DNA of 64,000 nucleotides from IMG/VR virus record IMGVR_UViG_3300022906_000002, positions 1 to 64,000 of that record. One strand, given 5' to 3'. Below are positions 47,496 to 56,298 of the stretch, in pieces. A model generated the notes under the pieces. The model saw nothing but the letters and a program-made list of their open reading frames with translations. It ran no database searches and had not been told where the DNA came from. The position numbers were made by a program, and so were the translations under genes. Position 1 is the first letter of the stretch; the number at the start of each line of letters is the position of its first letter. The DNA comes from a virus. Its lineage: Duplodnaviria > Caudoviricetes.

Positions 47496-49159
47496 GTAGC
47501 GGCGAAGATCTGATCAAGGCGACACTCGACGCACGGCGAGTGAGGGAGGCCGACCTCCGCTTTGCAACCTACGTGTCGCCCGATGGCCGCGGGTACCATC
47601 GCGTCCGGTTGGCCGGAAGCGGCACCATTATCCTGGTGGCGTCGGCGGTCGGCTCACGGACGTTTGCGCCTAGCGAATTGATCCTGCTCGGCAGTAACAG
47701 CGGGAGATTTGGATTCGTCCTGCTGGGCTCCTCGCCGCCCGGCGGGCAGGGGGCGAGCGGCTTTCCGCCTTCAACGCCGCTCGTCTTCGCCGCAGACTCG
47801 ATCCTCATTACGGCGGCCGTACCGGACACCGTGAGCCCAGGCGAAACGGTGGACGTGGACGTTTTCGGGTACGGGCTGTTGCCGTCCGTGGATTCGTGGT
47901 CGATTGTCACGATCCCGTCGGCCCTCGATTTGTCACCGGTCACACTGGACACCGCGGCGACCGTCCTATCCTGGGAGAGCCTTGACCCGGAGTCTGAAGG
48001 CTACACGCTCGCCCCGGGTCAGTCGGTCGTTCGCGTGACGATCGAGGTGGCGGACGATGCGCCGGCCGGCCACGGATTGACGTTCCGAGTGGAGCGCGAG
48101 ACGGCGATTACCCTTTCGCCGGACCTGGTGACGGTTGAGGTGCCGCCCGCGCCCCCGGAGCCCGATCACTACGCGCTGATCATATCGGACCTGACCGACC
48201 CGACCGAGGCGATCGGCGCATACTTCCTCGGCGGCATATCGGGCGGGGTGGCTATCCCGCGGCAGAGCACGGGAACCTTCTATAGCAGGGTCTCGCCGGC
48301 AGCCACTGCGATCCACGAGGCTGGCGCCGTCGGGGCCGAGTCGATCGTCTACCGAGCTGGCGGGACCGACCCAGTTGGCGACCCGACGGGAGACACTCCG
48401 CGCCTCATCGTGATGGACTCCGCCACCGGCAATCTACTCACCTGGAATCCGGCGGACGGCTTCGACGTGACGCCGGCCGTGCTCGGCCACGATGGGCGCC
48501 TCTGGTTCGTTGAATGGGAAATCGGATCGCACGCGCCGGACCCGCCCGGGGCCGCCGTCAGCACGATCCGGATTCGGTCGAGCGACACCGACCTATCCGA
48601 CGTGACCGAGCATGCGACGTTCGATTTTGTGCCGCCCGGAGGGATCGCGCACGCCATCATCTGCCCGCGTATCACCGAAGACGACCTCTATTTCGGGTGG
48701 GCGTACGGGTTCAGCGAAACCTCCGGGTACGTGGATTACATCTACCCGCTGGCCGGAGGCGAGCTGATCGACCGAACGGACGACTGGGATGAAGGGCACA
48801 ATGGGATCGACCTCGGATCGAATCCGCACCGATCTAACACTGGCGCCTACGGCATATTGGCCGGCGAGGGTAACGGGTGTTCCTACATACTCGGCGAGAC
48901 CATCTGGCGCCAATCGGCTGATCGAACGCCTCCAGTCCTCGCGTGGCCGATCTCCGAAGCGTGGCCGGTGGTCAATCAGTCGCTCGATTGGTCGCCGTTG
49001 TCTGGGCTCCTGGTCTACGGGAATCAGGTCGCTGTTCGTGGACCGGTTACCGCGGCCGAGGACTCGACGCCGATCGAGGTAACGGACGTAGAATTCTGGC
49101 TCGACGTCGAGAACGACACGAACTTTCCTGTGCAAGCCTACTTCTTTAGGATTCCCTGA
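47492..49159 (+). CDS. putative tail spike/receptor-binding protein
   Basis: Acidic beta-rich protein in the tail-tip module. Confidence 0.5.
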   Translation: MSSGEDLIKATLDARRVREADLRFATYVSPDGRGYHRVRLAGSGTIILVASAVGSRTFAPSELILLGSNSGRFGFVLLGSSPPGGQGASGFPPSTPLVFAADSILITAAVPDTVSPGETVDVDVFGYGLLPSVDSWSIVTIPSALDLSPVTLDTAATVLSWESLDPESEGYTLAPGQSVVRVTIEVADDAPAGHGLTFRVERETAITLSPDLVTVEVPPAPPEPDHYALIISDLTDPTEAIGAYFLGGISGGVAIPRQSTGTFYSRVSPAATAIHEAGAVGAESIVYRAGGTDPVGDPTGDTPRLIVMDSATGNLLTWNPADGFDVTPAVLGHDGRLWFVEWEIGSHAPDPPGAAVSTIRIRSSDTDLSDVTEHATFDFVPPGGIAHAIICPRITEDDLYFGWAYGFSETSGYVDYIYPLAGGELIDRTDDWDEGHNGIDLGSNPHRSNTGAYGILAGEGNGCSYILGETIWRQSADRTPPVLAWPISEAWPVVNQSLDWSPLSGLLVYGNQVAVRGPVTAAEDSTPIEVTDVEFWLDVENDTNFPVQAYFFRIP

Positions 49160-49161
49160 CT

Positions 49162-50631
49162 ATGCCGACGAAGCTCTCTTGGACCGACGACGCAGACGAA
49201 CCGGTCACATCCCTGACGTTCGCATCGTTTGCCCCGGGCTCGCCGAGCGCATGGCAAGATCTGCGGCTCTGGAATGACCGTCTTTCCGAGGGTGCGGATG
49301 ACGCTCGGTCCGTTCGTTTGTCGGCCATGGCCAAGCCGCGCGGCGCCTCGGTGCCCTATGAGGCGACTGGCGTGCCGGTGCTCACCTACCATGCGATCGA
49401 AGTCGAGATCGTGGGCGCGGGGATCGTGGCTCTTGGGACGTCCTCCGAGATCGTAGTGCCAGACATCGCGGCCGGTGAATTCGTTGCCGTGCGGGTGCGG
49501 GTGCGAGCGCCGGCCGGTTTTTCGTTGGCCGCGGCCGACGTGCTGCTGCGGCTCTCGGACGATCCGTACGAAGAGCTTGGAAACGCGGCGCCCTCGCCCG
49601 GCGGTATCGATCTTGGGCAAAGTTTCTCCCAGCTCTTCGAGGGCGGCGCGGTCACCGAAACGTCTTCGCCGTCCACGTCGGTAACCGTGGCCGCGGGCGC
49701 CGCGCAGGTCGGTGGCAGAATTCGCGGATGGGCGACGCAGGATCTCGTGCTCGGATCGCTCGACGGCGACGGCGACGCGCTGGCGAGCGGCGAGGCGTAC
49801 GGCGCTCTAGTCGTCGAGACCCTCGACGGTCCGGCGGTCGTCAAGGGCATCAAAGTGACCGGATCGCCAGCGCCCGGAGATTTCCCCTTGGCGCCGCTTG
49901 GCGCCGTCCCGCTGGCGTCGGCCATTCAGGGCTTCGGCGTGAATGTAGAAAACGCGGATATCACCGACCTTCGGGTCATGGGTGGCTTCGCGGTGGCGGC
50001 GACGGGCGGGCTTGGTCTTAGCGCAGGGAAGGGCATCGCGATCGTCGGGACGCGTCGGGTCCGCGCGGACGTGGCGACATCGTTCACCGCTGAAGCATCG
50101 GTCACGGGTGCCGTGCTTTGGCTGGACGAGCGGCGGCAATTGGTCGCGACGGACGGGTCGGCACTGGTGCCGGGTGAGCCGTTGCTGCGCTACTCGACCG
50201 ACGCAACGACCGTCACGGCGACCGAGGACTTGCGGCGCGTGGCCGGTCCGTGGCTGCGCGGCTCGGCGATGCTGCCGGGGCTTGTGGCCGATGAGGTTGC
50301 GCCGATCGCCCTTCCGCCGGGCGGGATCGAGATTTGCCCGCTTAGTGGCGTGGTCGTCTCGGTCGGCGACGATCCGGCGACGCTCGCCAATACTTCCGTG
50401 GACTGGGAAATCGAGATCGAGGCGTTCATCGCGGGCACGTGGACGACGATCTACGCGGACGGCGCGCCGACGATCGCGTTCGATGCGGCGCTCCCCTGGA
50501 CGGCGCCGACGCCGCAGCTACTCCACTTCGAAGCGCCGATGCTTCGGGCGCGCGTGGTCTCGGTGCCGACGGGCGGGGACTTGGCGCCGATCGCCGTCTC
50601 GGTGCTCTATCGGGCGGCCTATGCGGGATAG
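49162..50631 (+). CDS. minor tail protein
   Basis: VTVAAG.A.VGG, P.GAVPLA..., ITDLR motifs. Confidence 0.55.
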   Translation: MPTKLSWTDDADEPVTSLTFASFAPGSPSAWQDLRLWNDRLSEGADDARSVRLSAMAKPRGASVPYEATGVPVLTYHAIEVEIVGAGIVALGTSSEIVVPDIAAGEFVAVRVRVRAPAGFSLAAADVLLRLSDDPYEELGNAAPSPGGIDLGQSFSQLFEGGAVTETSSPSTSVTVAAGAAQVGGRIRGWATQDLVLGSLDGDGDALASGEAYGALVVETLDGPAVVKGIKVTGSPAPGDFPLAPLGAVPLASAIQGFGVNVENADITDLRVMGGFAVAATGGLGLSAGKGIAIVGTRRVRADVATSFTAEASVTGAVLWLDERRQLVATDGSALVPGEPLLRYSTDATTVTATEDLRRVAGPWLRGSAMLPGLVADEVAPIALPPGGIEICPLSGVVVSVGDDPATLANTSVDWEIEIEAFIAGTWTTIYADGAPTIAFDAALPWTAPTPQLLHFEAPMLRARVVSVPTGGDLAPIAVSVLYRAAYAG

Positions 50632-50679
50632 GGCGGGCTCGCTTTTCTGCTCGGCGCGCACCCTGAAAGGTAGGGCCTA

Positions 50680-50991
50680 ATGACGATCATCGCGATAGCG
50701 GCAATGCAGGTCACGGCACGGGGCGGGGCCGATGCGATCCTTGAGAATGCCGTCGGCATCATGCTCGCTCTGGCTATCGGTCAAACCGTGGCCGGCGTGG
50801 TCGCTTTGATCGGACTGAACGCCAAGGTCAACCAGTTCATGAGTGTACAGTTCCCTGCGCTGCAACGAAGCCTTGACGAGACGAACCACAATCTGCGGGA
50901 CTTGCGGGACGAGTTCGCAGAGTTGCGGGAGAAGGTAGTCCGCCATGACGAGCGCATCGAGCGCCTAATCTCTGAGAGAGGACACCGATGA
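50680..50991 (+). CDS. TM plus coiled-coil membrane protein (holin-like)
   Basis: Hydrophobic helix followed by heptads ending HDERIERL; after the tail genes. Confidence 0.45.
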   Translation: MTIIAIAAMQVTARGGADAILENAVGIMLALAIGQTVAGVVALIGLNAKVNQFMSVQFPALQRSLDETNHNLRDLRDEFAELREKVVRHDERIERLISERGHR

Positions 50992-51275
50992 ATGCAGACC
51001 GCCAGCGCCGCATCGTTCGGGTCCAGTTCGATGGCGTTACCATGCCCAGTTGGGCCGCCGTGGCTCTGGTCATCGCATCCGTCTTTTCCGCGACCCTGTT
51101 TCTTTTTGGTATCGTCACGATCCGCGATCTCGTTCGGGAAGTGAGAGTGCTACAGATTCACGTGCAGGACATCGAATCTGCGTTGATCGATGCCGGGCTC
51201 GTGGACCGAAGGAACATTGCAGGATGGACGGCCGGAGATAACCAAAGGCCGCGAGACGAGGAGCGCGAAAAGTGA
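50988..51275 (+). CDS. single-TM protein (possibly lysis-related)
   Basis: WAAVALVIASVFSATLFLFGIV; coupled. Confidence 0.45.
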   Translation: MNADRQRRIVRVQFDGVTMPSWAAVALVIASVFSATLFLFGIVTIRDLVREVRVLQIHVQDIESALIDAGLVDRRNIAGWTAGDNQRPRDEEREK

Positions 51276-51535
51276 ACGAGATGACAGGAGCACCCACGGG
51301 AGCGCCAGTGGCCATTCTTGGCGGAAGACCCTGCAAGGCAATCATCAACGGTGATCTTCAGAACACGGCCGACGACATCGGACACCTGATTCTGGCCATG
51401 ATCTTCGCGAGCATCAGCGGATCAGTGGAAGCGCTGACGGCCAAGGAGCTGGAGGTCATCAAGGAGCACGCCGGCCCGCTGCGCGAAGTTTGCTGCGCCG
51501 CTACCGCTCGTATCGAAGGACAGCTCCCGGGCTAG
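51272..51535 (+). CDS. hypothetical protein
   Basis: GTGA-coupled. Confidence 0.5.
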   Translation: MNEMTGAPTGAPVAILGGRPCKAIINGDLQNTADDIGHLILAMIFASISGSVEALTAKELEVIKEHAGPLREVCCAATARIEGQLPG

Positions 51536-51603
51536 CTCTCGCACGATTCCGGCACTACTTCACCTCAGCCCGGCGGACGATTCCGCCGGGCGCCTGCCGC
51601 CAC

Positions 51604-51774
51604 TTACTTCTCGATCGATTCGACCGACATGACGACGGCATCAATGCCCGGCCATTGAGCCATCGGCGGATCAAGGACACCGATCCGGGCCGCGTGATAC
51701 TGAACCCATGCTCGGACCTGTTCGGCTGCGGCTCCTTCTGGCGCCTTGACGGTCATGGTAACGGTCCACTTCAC
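51604..51774 (-). CDS. hypothetical protein
   Basis: AAGGAGG RBS; coupled. Confidence 0.45.
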   Translation of the reverse strand: MKWTVTMTVKAPEGAAAEQVRAWVQYHAARIGVLDPPMAQWPGIDAVVMSVESIEK

Positions 51775-52091
51775 GGCTTGCCCTCCTTGCACTGCGGCAG
51801 GTCGCTATCAAGCGCGCACGGGTCGGCGGGATCATCCGGCCCGTCGGTGTCGCCGACGGGGAAAGTCGGAATCGGCAAAAGTACGCACTCGGCGCCCAAG
51901 ATGCGAATCTTGCCGCCCATGGGATCGCATATGGCTGTGCCGTCCATTCGCACAGCGAACTCTCCGATCCCGGCGCAGCGCATGACGTGCGTGGGCGGCG
52001 ACGGATCGCAGGGATTCGGATGAGATGGACCGCACCCGGCCGCGATGATTGCTAGGCTTAGCAGGGCGACGCGTGCGGTCTTCGCGGCCAA
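51771..52091 (-). CDS. Cys-rich lipoprotein
   Basis: KTARVALLSLAIIAAG|C lipobox; six further Cys. Confidence 0.6.
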   Translation of the reverse strand: MAAKTARVALLSLAIIAAGCGPSHPNPCDPSPPTHVMRCAGIGEFAVRMDGTAICDPMGGKIRILGAECVLLPIPTFPVGDTDGPDDPADPCALDSDLPQCKEGKP

Positions 52092-52106
52092 GCTGCCGTG
52101 AACGCT

Positions 52107-52418
52107 CTATCTGAGCCACCGCTTCGAGGTTCTGGGGTCCATCGGGAGGAATTCGATCTCCGCCAAAGAGTGAACGAAAGCGGCCGCCTTGTCACGATTC
52201 ATCGTCAGGAACGCCCCGGCATCATTGGCCGCGCGGGCCGCTCGAATCACGGCATGCGCCCAATGGATCTCCCATGAGCGAAGATTCTCCGCGCCGGGGC
52301 CGCGCGATGCGCGGGTGTCGAGCACGGCAACGGCAGAGGCGGTGAGCACATTGAACACCCCTCGCCGCCTCTGTTGTTTCAGCGGCGCGCTGAATCGCCG
52401 CAAGGCTTCAATCCTCAT
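52107..52418 (-). CDS. hypothetical protein
   Basis: GGAGG RBS. Confidence 0.5.
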   Translation of the reverse strand: MRIEALRRFSAPLKQQRRRGVFNVLTASAVAVLDTRASRGPGAENLRSWEIHWAHAVIRAARAANDAGAFLTMNRDKAAAFVHSLAEIEFLPMDPRTSKRWLR

Positions 52419-52465
52419 GTTCCCCTCCAGTCTCTGCCCCGGATCGCCCGAGGCGGTCAAAAAGT

Positions 52466-52684
52466 CTACGTGCCGCCCTCTCGCTCCCGAATGGCCAGCC
52501 CTTGCGCGACTAGCTTCCGTACCCGAGCGGCGCCGATGGGCGTCCCGGTCTCGCGTCCAGGGCCGACCGCACTCAGGATGCCGCCGATCTCGCCTAGGTC
52601 GCGGCCTTCTTCGAACATCCCGAGCGCGCGCAGTGAACGCTCCCTGCTCTGTGCTCGACCGGCCGTTTTCGAGAGGAAGGTCAT
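52466..52684 (-). CDS. small HTH-like protein
   Basis: GRDLGEIG..L...IGAARVRKLV..GL. Confidence 0.5.
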   Translation of the reverse strand: MTFLSKTAGRAQSRERSLRALGMFEEGRDLGEIGGILSAVGPGRETGTPIGAARVRKLVAQGLAIREREGGT

Positions 52685-53346
52685 TCAATCGCCTCTCTTG
52701 TCTCCCGCTCTTGACGCTCGAATTTGCGCGTCCCGAGTCCTCCTTCACGGAGAGTCCTGACGATTCGGTCAATGCTGGTGCGGACGGTGAAGGTCGTCTC
52801 TACCGCGAAGGGCACGCTCTCTTCCCTTTCGCCAAGGTGTCCGCCGAATGCTTCGCGAACCCAGATTATCGCGCGCCGCTTCTCTGGGAAGTCGAGGCCA
52901 CCGAAGCGGTAGAAATATTCGTCGGCCTTCCAGAAGGCCCGCGTCACCTTGGCGTAGAAGCGATGCTGCTCGCCTTCGAGCATGTCCAGCGGCGACATTC
53001 CAACGATCGGATAGAAACTCTCGTTGCTCATGTTGCACAGCCTCTCGGTGCCGATCTCGCGGATGGTCGCGGTGGCATGCCCACGCGGCTCTTGCTCCAC
53101 GTACCATCCGATCGTCCATGGATGCAGACCGGACGAATTGCACAGCACGAGGTCACCGACTACCGGCTGGCGGTATGCGGCGAAGTGAGCGTAATGGCCG
53201 CGGTCGCCAAATCCGCGCTCGAAGTCGGCGGCGCTGAACGTGAGGTTGACCTTGCGCGCGAGGATCTGCGTCGTCGAAAGTTCGCGCACGATCGCCGTCA
53301 ATATGCGCTCCTTGTCCGTCATCTCGGGGTCTGAATTGCGCTTCAT
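52681..53346 (-). CDS. hypothetical protein
   Basis: Coupled on both sides. Confidence 0.6.
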   Translation of the reverse strand: MKRNSDPEMTDKERILTAIVRELSTTQILARKVNLTFSAADFERGFGDRGHYAHFAAYRQPVVGDLVLCNSSGLHPWTIGWYVEQEPRGHATATIREIGTERLCNMSNESFYPIVGMSPLDMLEGEQHRFYAKVTRAFWKADEYFYRFGGLDFPEKRRAIIWVREAFGGHLGEREESVPFAVETTFTVRTSIDRIVRTLREGGLGTRKFERQERETREAIE

Positions 53347-53624
53347 GTCACCACCTTCGCCCGGGTCATTCCTGTTCTTTCGCGATCCCATCGCGCCAGG
53401 TTCCGGGCGGCGGCCGAGAGAGCACGCGCCTCACCACGCGATCCGCTCCAATGCTGAGGACCGCGCCAGAACTTTAAGAACTCCTTGCGGGCCTCCCATG
53501 TTTCGGCGTCAACGTTCTCTATCTTGCTCAGGTAGCAGACTGGCGGCTCGTCCCTGAGGTGGTCGCCTTGAACGATCAGGCCGAGCGAACGGAGTGCGTC
53601 GAAGGTCGAACCGATGGCGCTCAT
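53343..53624 (-). CDS. hypothetical protein
   Basis: Coupled. Confidence 0.5.
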   Translation of the reverse strand: MSAIGSTFDALRSLGLIVQGDHLRDEPPVCYLSKIENVDAETWEARKEFLKFWRGPQHWSGSRGEARALSAAARNLARWDRERTGMTRAKVVT

Positions 53625-53884
53625 ACCGCCGCCGCCCTTGCCCGCGTTTCGTCAAGCATCGCCCGCCGCTCGTTTTCTAGTCGACGACGGTCGATCTCGT
53701 GGAATCGGTCGAGCAGGTCGCCAACATTCACGGCGCGGCTCCATCCACGGTAATCGTCTTCAGAAAGCTCGACCGACTGATCCCGGCACCATTCAATGAA
53801 GCCTTCTATGGCTCGCCGTTCGTCGAGGTTTCTGGCCCATCGGTCGATCATGGGCTCGACGCCAGGGCTTGGCGTATCGTTCAT
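53621..53884 (-). CDS. hypothetical protein
   Basis: Coupled; EID..RLE.ERRAML. Confidence 0.55.
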   Translation of the reverse strand: MNDTPSPGVEPMIDRWARNLDERRAIEGFIEWCRDQSVELSEDDYRGWSRAVNVGDLLDRFHEIDRRRLENERRAMLDETRARAAAV

Positions 53885-54360
53885 GGCGCTTCTCCGAAAG
53901 CTGCCGGGAGTAGCCGCTGCGTCTTCCCGGTCGCGTATGCCGCCGACAGCGCGGGCATCGCATGATCGCCGACGCTCCGCCCGTCCGGCATGAGGATGTA
54001 GGCCAGGAATTCCTCCTCGAACGTCGCGATTCCGGCGGCCACCGCTTCGAGCTTCGCCTTGACCGCTAGCGCCAGCGCGCGCCATCTCTGCCGGCTCGCT
54101 TGTTCCCATGCGGCGCGAGCTGCGGTATCCGACCGCGGGCGACCTTGCGAGGTCGTGACGAATTCCTCGGCGTTCGGGTCCGGCATCGGCAGCTCGAAGC
54201 GGATGCGCTTCCCACCGATCATGAATGCGATGATCGCCCGCTTGCCTGAATCCTCCCATCCGTACATGAAGCCCTGCGCGCCGTAGCGCGTGAGCGTCTT
54301 CTCGATCTCGTTGCGTGACCGGTCGGCGGGGACTTCGGTCTTCTCGGCGTAGCGGCTCAT
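53881..54360 (-). CDS. phage hypothetical protein
   Basis: YAEKTEVP.DRSR.EIEKTL.RYGA, WRALAL.VKAKLEAV..GI.TFEEEFLA. Confidence 0.75.
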   Translation of the reverse strand: MSRYAEKTEVPADRSRNEIEKTLTRYGAQGFMYGWEDSGKRAIIAFMIGGKRIRFELPMPDPNAEEFVTTSQGRPRSDTAARAAWEQASRQRWRALALAVKAKLEAVAAGIATFEEEFLAYILMPDGRSVGDHAMPALSAAYATGKTQRLLPAAFGEAP

Positions 54361-54752
54361 GACGCGCTCCCAAAGTTCCCGAACGTCCCGCCGCCGCGCT
54401 TCCATGCAAGTAGGTTTTGCAGCATCTTCCAGCCCTTCGCGGTCAGGTCGTAAACCGGCGCGATTCCGGTACCCAGCGAGACCAGCAGCCCGGCCGCTTC
54501 GATGTCTTCGGCGCAACTCCAGTCGTCGTGCGGGATGTGCGCTGGCATCTCGCGCCCCTTCAACCGAGTCAGTGCCGGCGGAAAGTTCATGAGGTGCCCA
54601 AGCATTCCAGGCGGAACGAGTCCGGGATGGATCTTCGGCTCGCAACGCATCCTTTTGAGATCCGGCCTCCCGCCGGCACCGACGACGCACGAGGCGAGGT
54701 AGGCAAACGTGGACCAATGGTCCTTGCCGAAGTCCTTGAGCTTGACGGTCAC
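54357..54752 (-). CDS. phage hypothetical protein
   Basis: FGKDHWSTFAY, TRLKG, HDDW.C. Confidence 0.65.
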   Translation of the reverse strand: MTVKLKDFGKDHWSTFAYLASCVVGAGGRPDLKRMRCEPKIHPGLVPPGMLGHLMNFPPALTRLKGREMPAHIPHDDWSCAEDIEAAGLLVSLGTGIAPVYDLTAKGWKMLQNLLAWKRGGGTFGNFGSAS

Positions 54753-55174
54753 GCCCCACCTCCCGCCGCCTCAATCGCTTCCAGTTCCGCCTTCGCCTTC
54801 GCCAGCTCGGCGCCGGATTCGAGGGCGGCGATGCGCGCCCGAAGATCCGTCGCCTTGGCGTTGCGGTCGATCTCGGCCTTGATCTCGCGGGCTTGACGCT
54901 CCATTTCCCGGACTGCATCTTCTCGATCCTTCTTCGTAGCCCGGAACTGGTCAAGGGCTTCCGTCAGCCGCGCGGTAAGCGCTTCGTCTAGAATCCAAAG
55001 CGACGGCTTTTGCGTGCCGTTTTCGTCTTCGTCGGGCGTGCACTGCACCGCGTCTGCGATCAACTCCTCGATCGTTTCGCCCTCTACCTCGCGGAAGGCG
55101 TCCTCGTACCCGCTGTAACCGTCGGCGTAGGCGTCCGGACAGTACAGTAGCGCCCTGATCTTCGCTTCGCTCAT
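54749..55174 (-). CDS. coiled-coil hypothetical protein
   Basis: Coupled; C-terminal heptads. Confidence 0.55.
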   Translation of the reverse strand: MSEAKIRALLYCPDAYADGYSGYEDAFREVEGETIEELIADAVQCTPDEDENGTQKPSLWILDEALTARLTEALDQFRATKKDREDAVREMERQAREIKAEIDRNAKATDLRARIAALESGAELAKAKAELEAIEAAGGGA

Positions 55175-55377
55175 GATTCACTACCTCCAGTAGATTCAAC
55201 CCGCGGCGCCCAAATTGCTCGGATCATTCCCGATAGTCCGACACCAACCATGATGCCGCCAGAGAAGATTAGAAACTCTCCGCCAGCGTCTACCGCGGCC
55301 GCGGCGTATGCGGCAAGGCCGGCGACGGCGAGGGCGCCGCAGAGGCAGAGATAGACGACCCGTTGCCCGAACGTCAC
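55171..55377 (-). CDS. small 2-TM protein
   Basis: Two hydrophobic helices; GGAGG RBS. Confidence 0.5.
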   Translation of the reverse strand: MTFGQRVVYLCLCGALAVAGLAAYAAAAVDAGGEFLIFSGGIMVGVGLSGMIRAIWAPRVESTGGSES

Positions 55378-55568
55378 GGCTTCCTCCGGCGCCCGCGCTC
55401 CATGGGCCACGTGCGAGCGAGCAGATCTCGAACTACGGCCCCCAAGGGAACGCCGAGGCATGCCGCCCGCTCGCGGTAGTCGGCGAGATCATCGGCCGGT
55501 ATGAGCACCTGGAAGGCGGGGTCTCGCTTGCGAGTCAGCGATGCGGAGATGTTTTTCGGATCAGGCAT
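55374..55568 (-). CDS. RHH-like protein
   Basis: FQVLIPADDLADYRERAACLGVPLGAVVRDLL. Confidence 0.55.
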   Translation of the reverse strand: MPDPKNISASLTRKRDPAFQVLIPADDLADYRERAACLGVPLGAVVRDLLARTWPMERGRRRKP

Positions 55569-55755
55569 CGGCGGCGTCCTCTTCCTTGTCGCGCTCGCCG
55601 ATCGTGAGCAGTGGGCCGGCAACCGCGTGCGCGTCTCGGTGCTCGCCGCAGTGGCGGCAGTGGCCCATGCGCGGCAGGTAAATCGGGCCGAGCGCCGGAA
55701 TCAGGTTGACGCTTTGTTCTTCCTCGAATTCATGCTTCAGCGGATCGCGATCCAT
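55561..55755 (-). CDS. hypothetical protein
   Basis: AAGGAG RBS; HEF...CRHCG...H. Confidence 0.55.
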   Translation of the reverse strand: MDRDPLKHEFEEEQSVNLIPALGPIYLPRMGHCRHCGEHRDAHAVAGPLLTIGERDKEEDAADA

Positions 55756-55798
55756 GGGCGTCTTCTCCTTTTGGCGAGCAGCGCGCTCGACTTGAGAA

Positions 55799-55835
55799 AT
55801 AGTGACACAGTCACTAACGCTTGTCAACGTGACAA
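55799..55835 (-). promoter_or_regulatory. leftward promoter overlapped by two palindromic operator-like sites
   Basis: TTGACA-17-CACTAT (minus strand); AGTGAC-ACA-GTCACT and TTGTCA-ACG-TGACAA. Confidence 0.7.
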
Positions 55836-55902
55836 ATCGCAGAACGCCGCACTCGCTTCATCGTCAAGCGCAACCTGCGCGCAGTGCTAAACTCCCGCCC
55901 CA

Positions 55903-56298
55903 ATGGACCACTCGATCCTCATGTACGTCCGGGACCGCTGCATCACGTCAATACCGTTGCTGGTGGCGCTGGTCGTCGGAAACGCGCTGATCGCCGCCTG
56001 CTACCTCTACATTCCCGCCGTCCTCGACCGCATCGCTCGGGCCATCGGATCAGACTCCCCGGGCTTCCACGAGATCCGCGGCACGGCCCGGTTCGTGCGC
56101 GCCTGCGGATTCACTCACGTGGCGTCGATCGCCGTTTTGTTTTGGCCGGGGCTCGATTGGCCCGCCGTCTTCGTCCTGGCGCTGACCGGCGTCGTCTCGG
56201 CCGCTTTCGCCGCCCGCCTGCATGCGCACTACCGCGAGATCATCCGGGAGTTGGAGGCGGCACGAGAGCTGCGCGCGTTGAGGTCGGCGAATGTCTGA
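55903..56298 (+). CDS. stand-alone ethylene-receptor (ETR1)-like 3-TM sensor domain
   Basis: GNALIAACYLYIP, FVRACGFTH, LTGVVSA match ETR1-type SD.FIA.AYFSIP, FIVLCGATH, LTAVVSC. Confidence 0.75.
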   Translation: MDHSILMYVRDRCITSIPLLVALVVGNALIAACYLYIPAVLDRIARAIGSDSPGFHEIRGTARFVRACGFTHVASIAVLFWPGLDWPAVFVLALTGVVSAAFAARLHAHYREIIRELEAARELRALRSANV

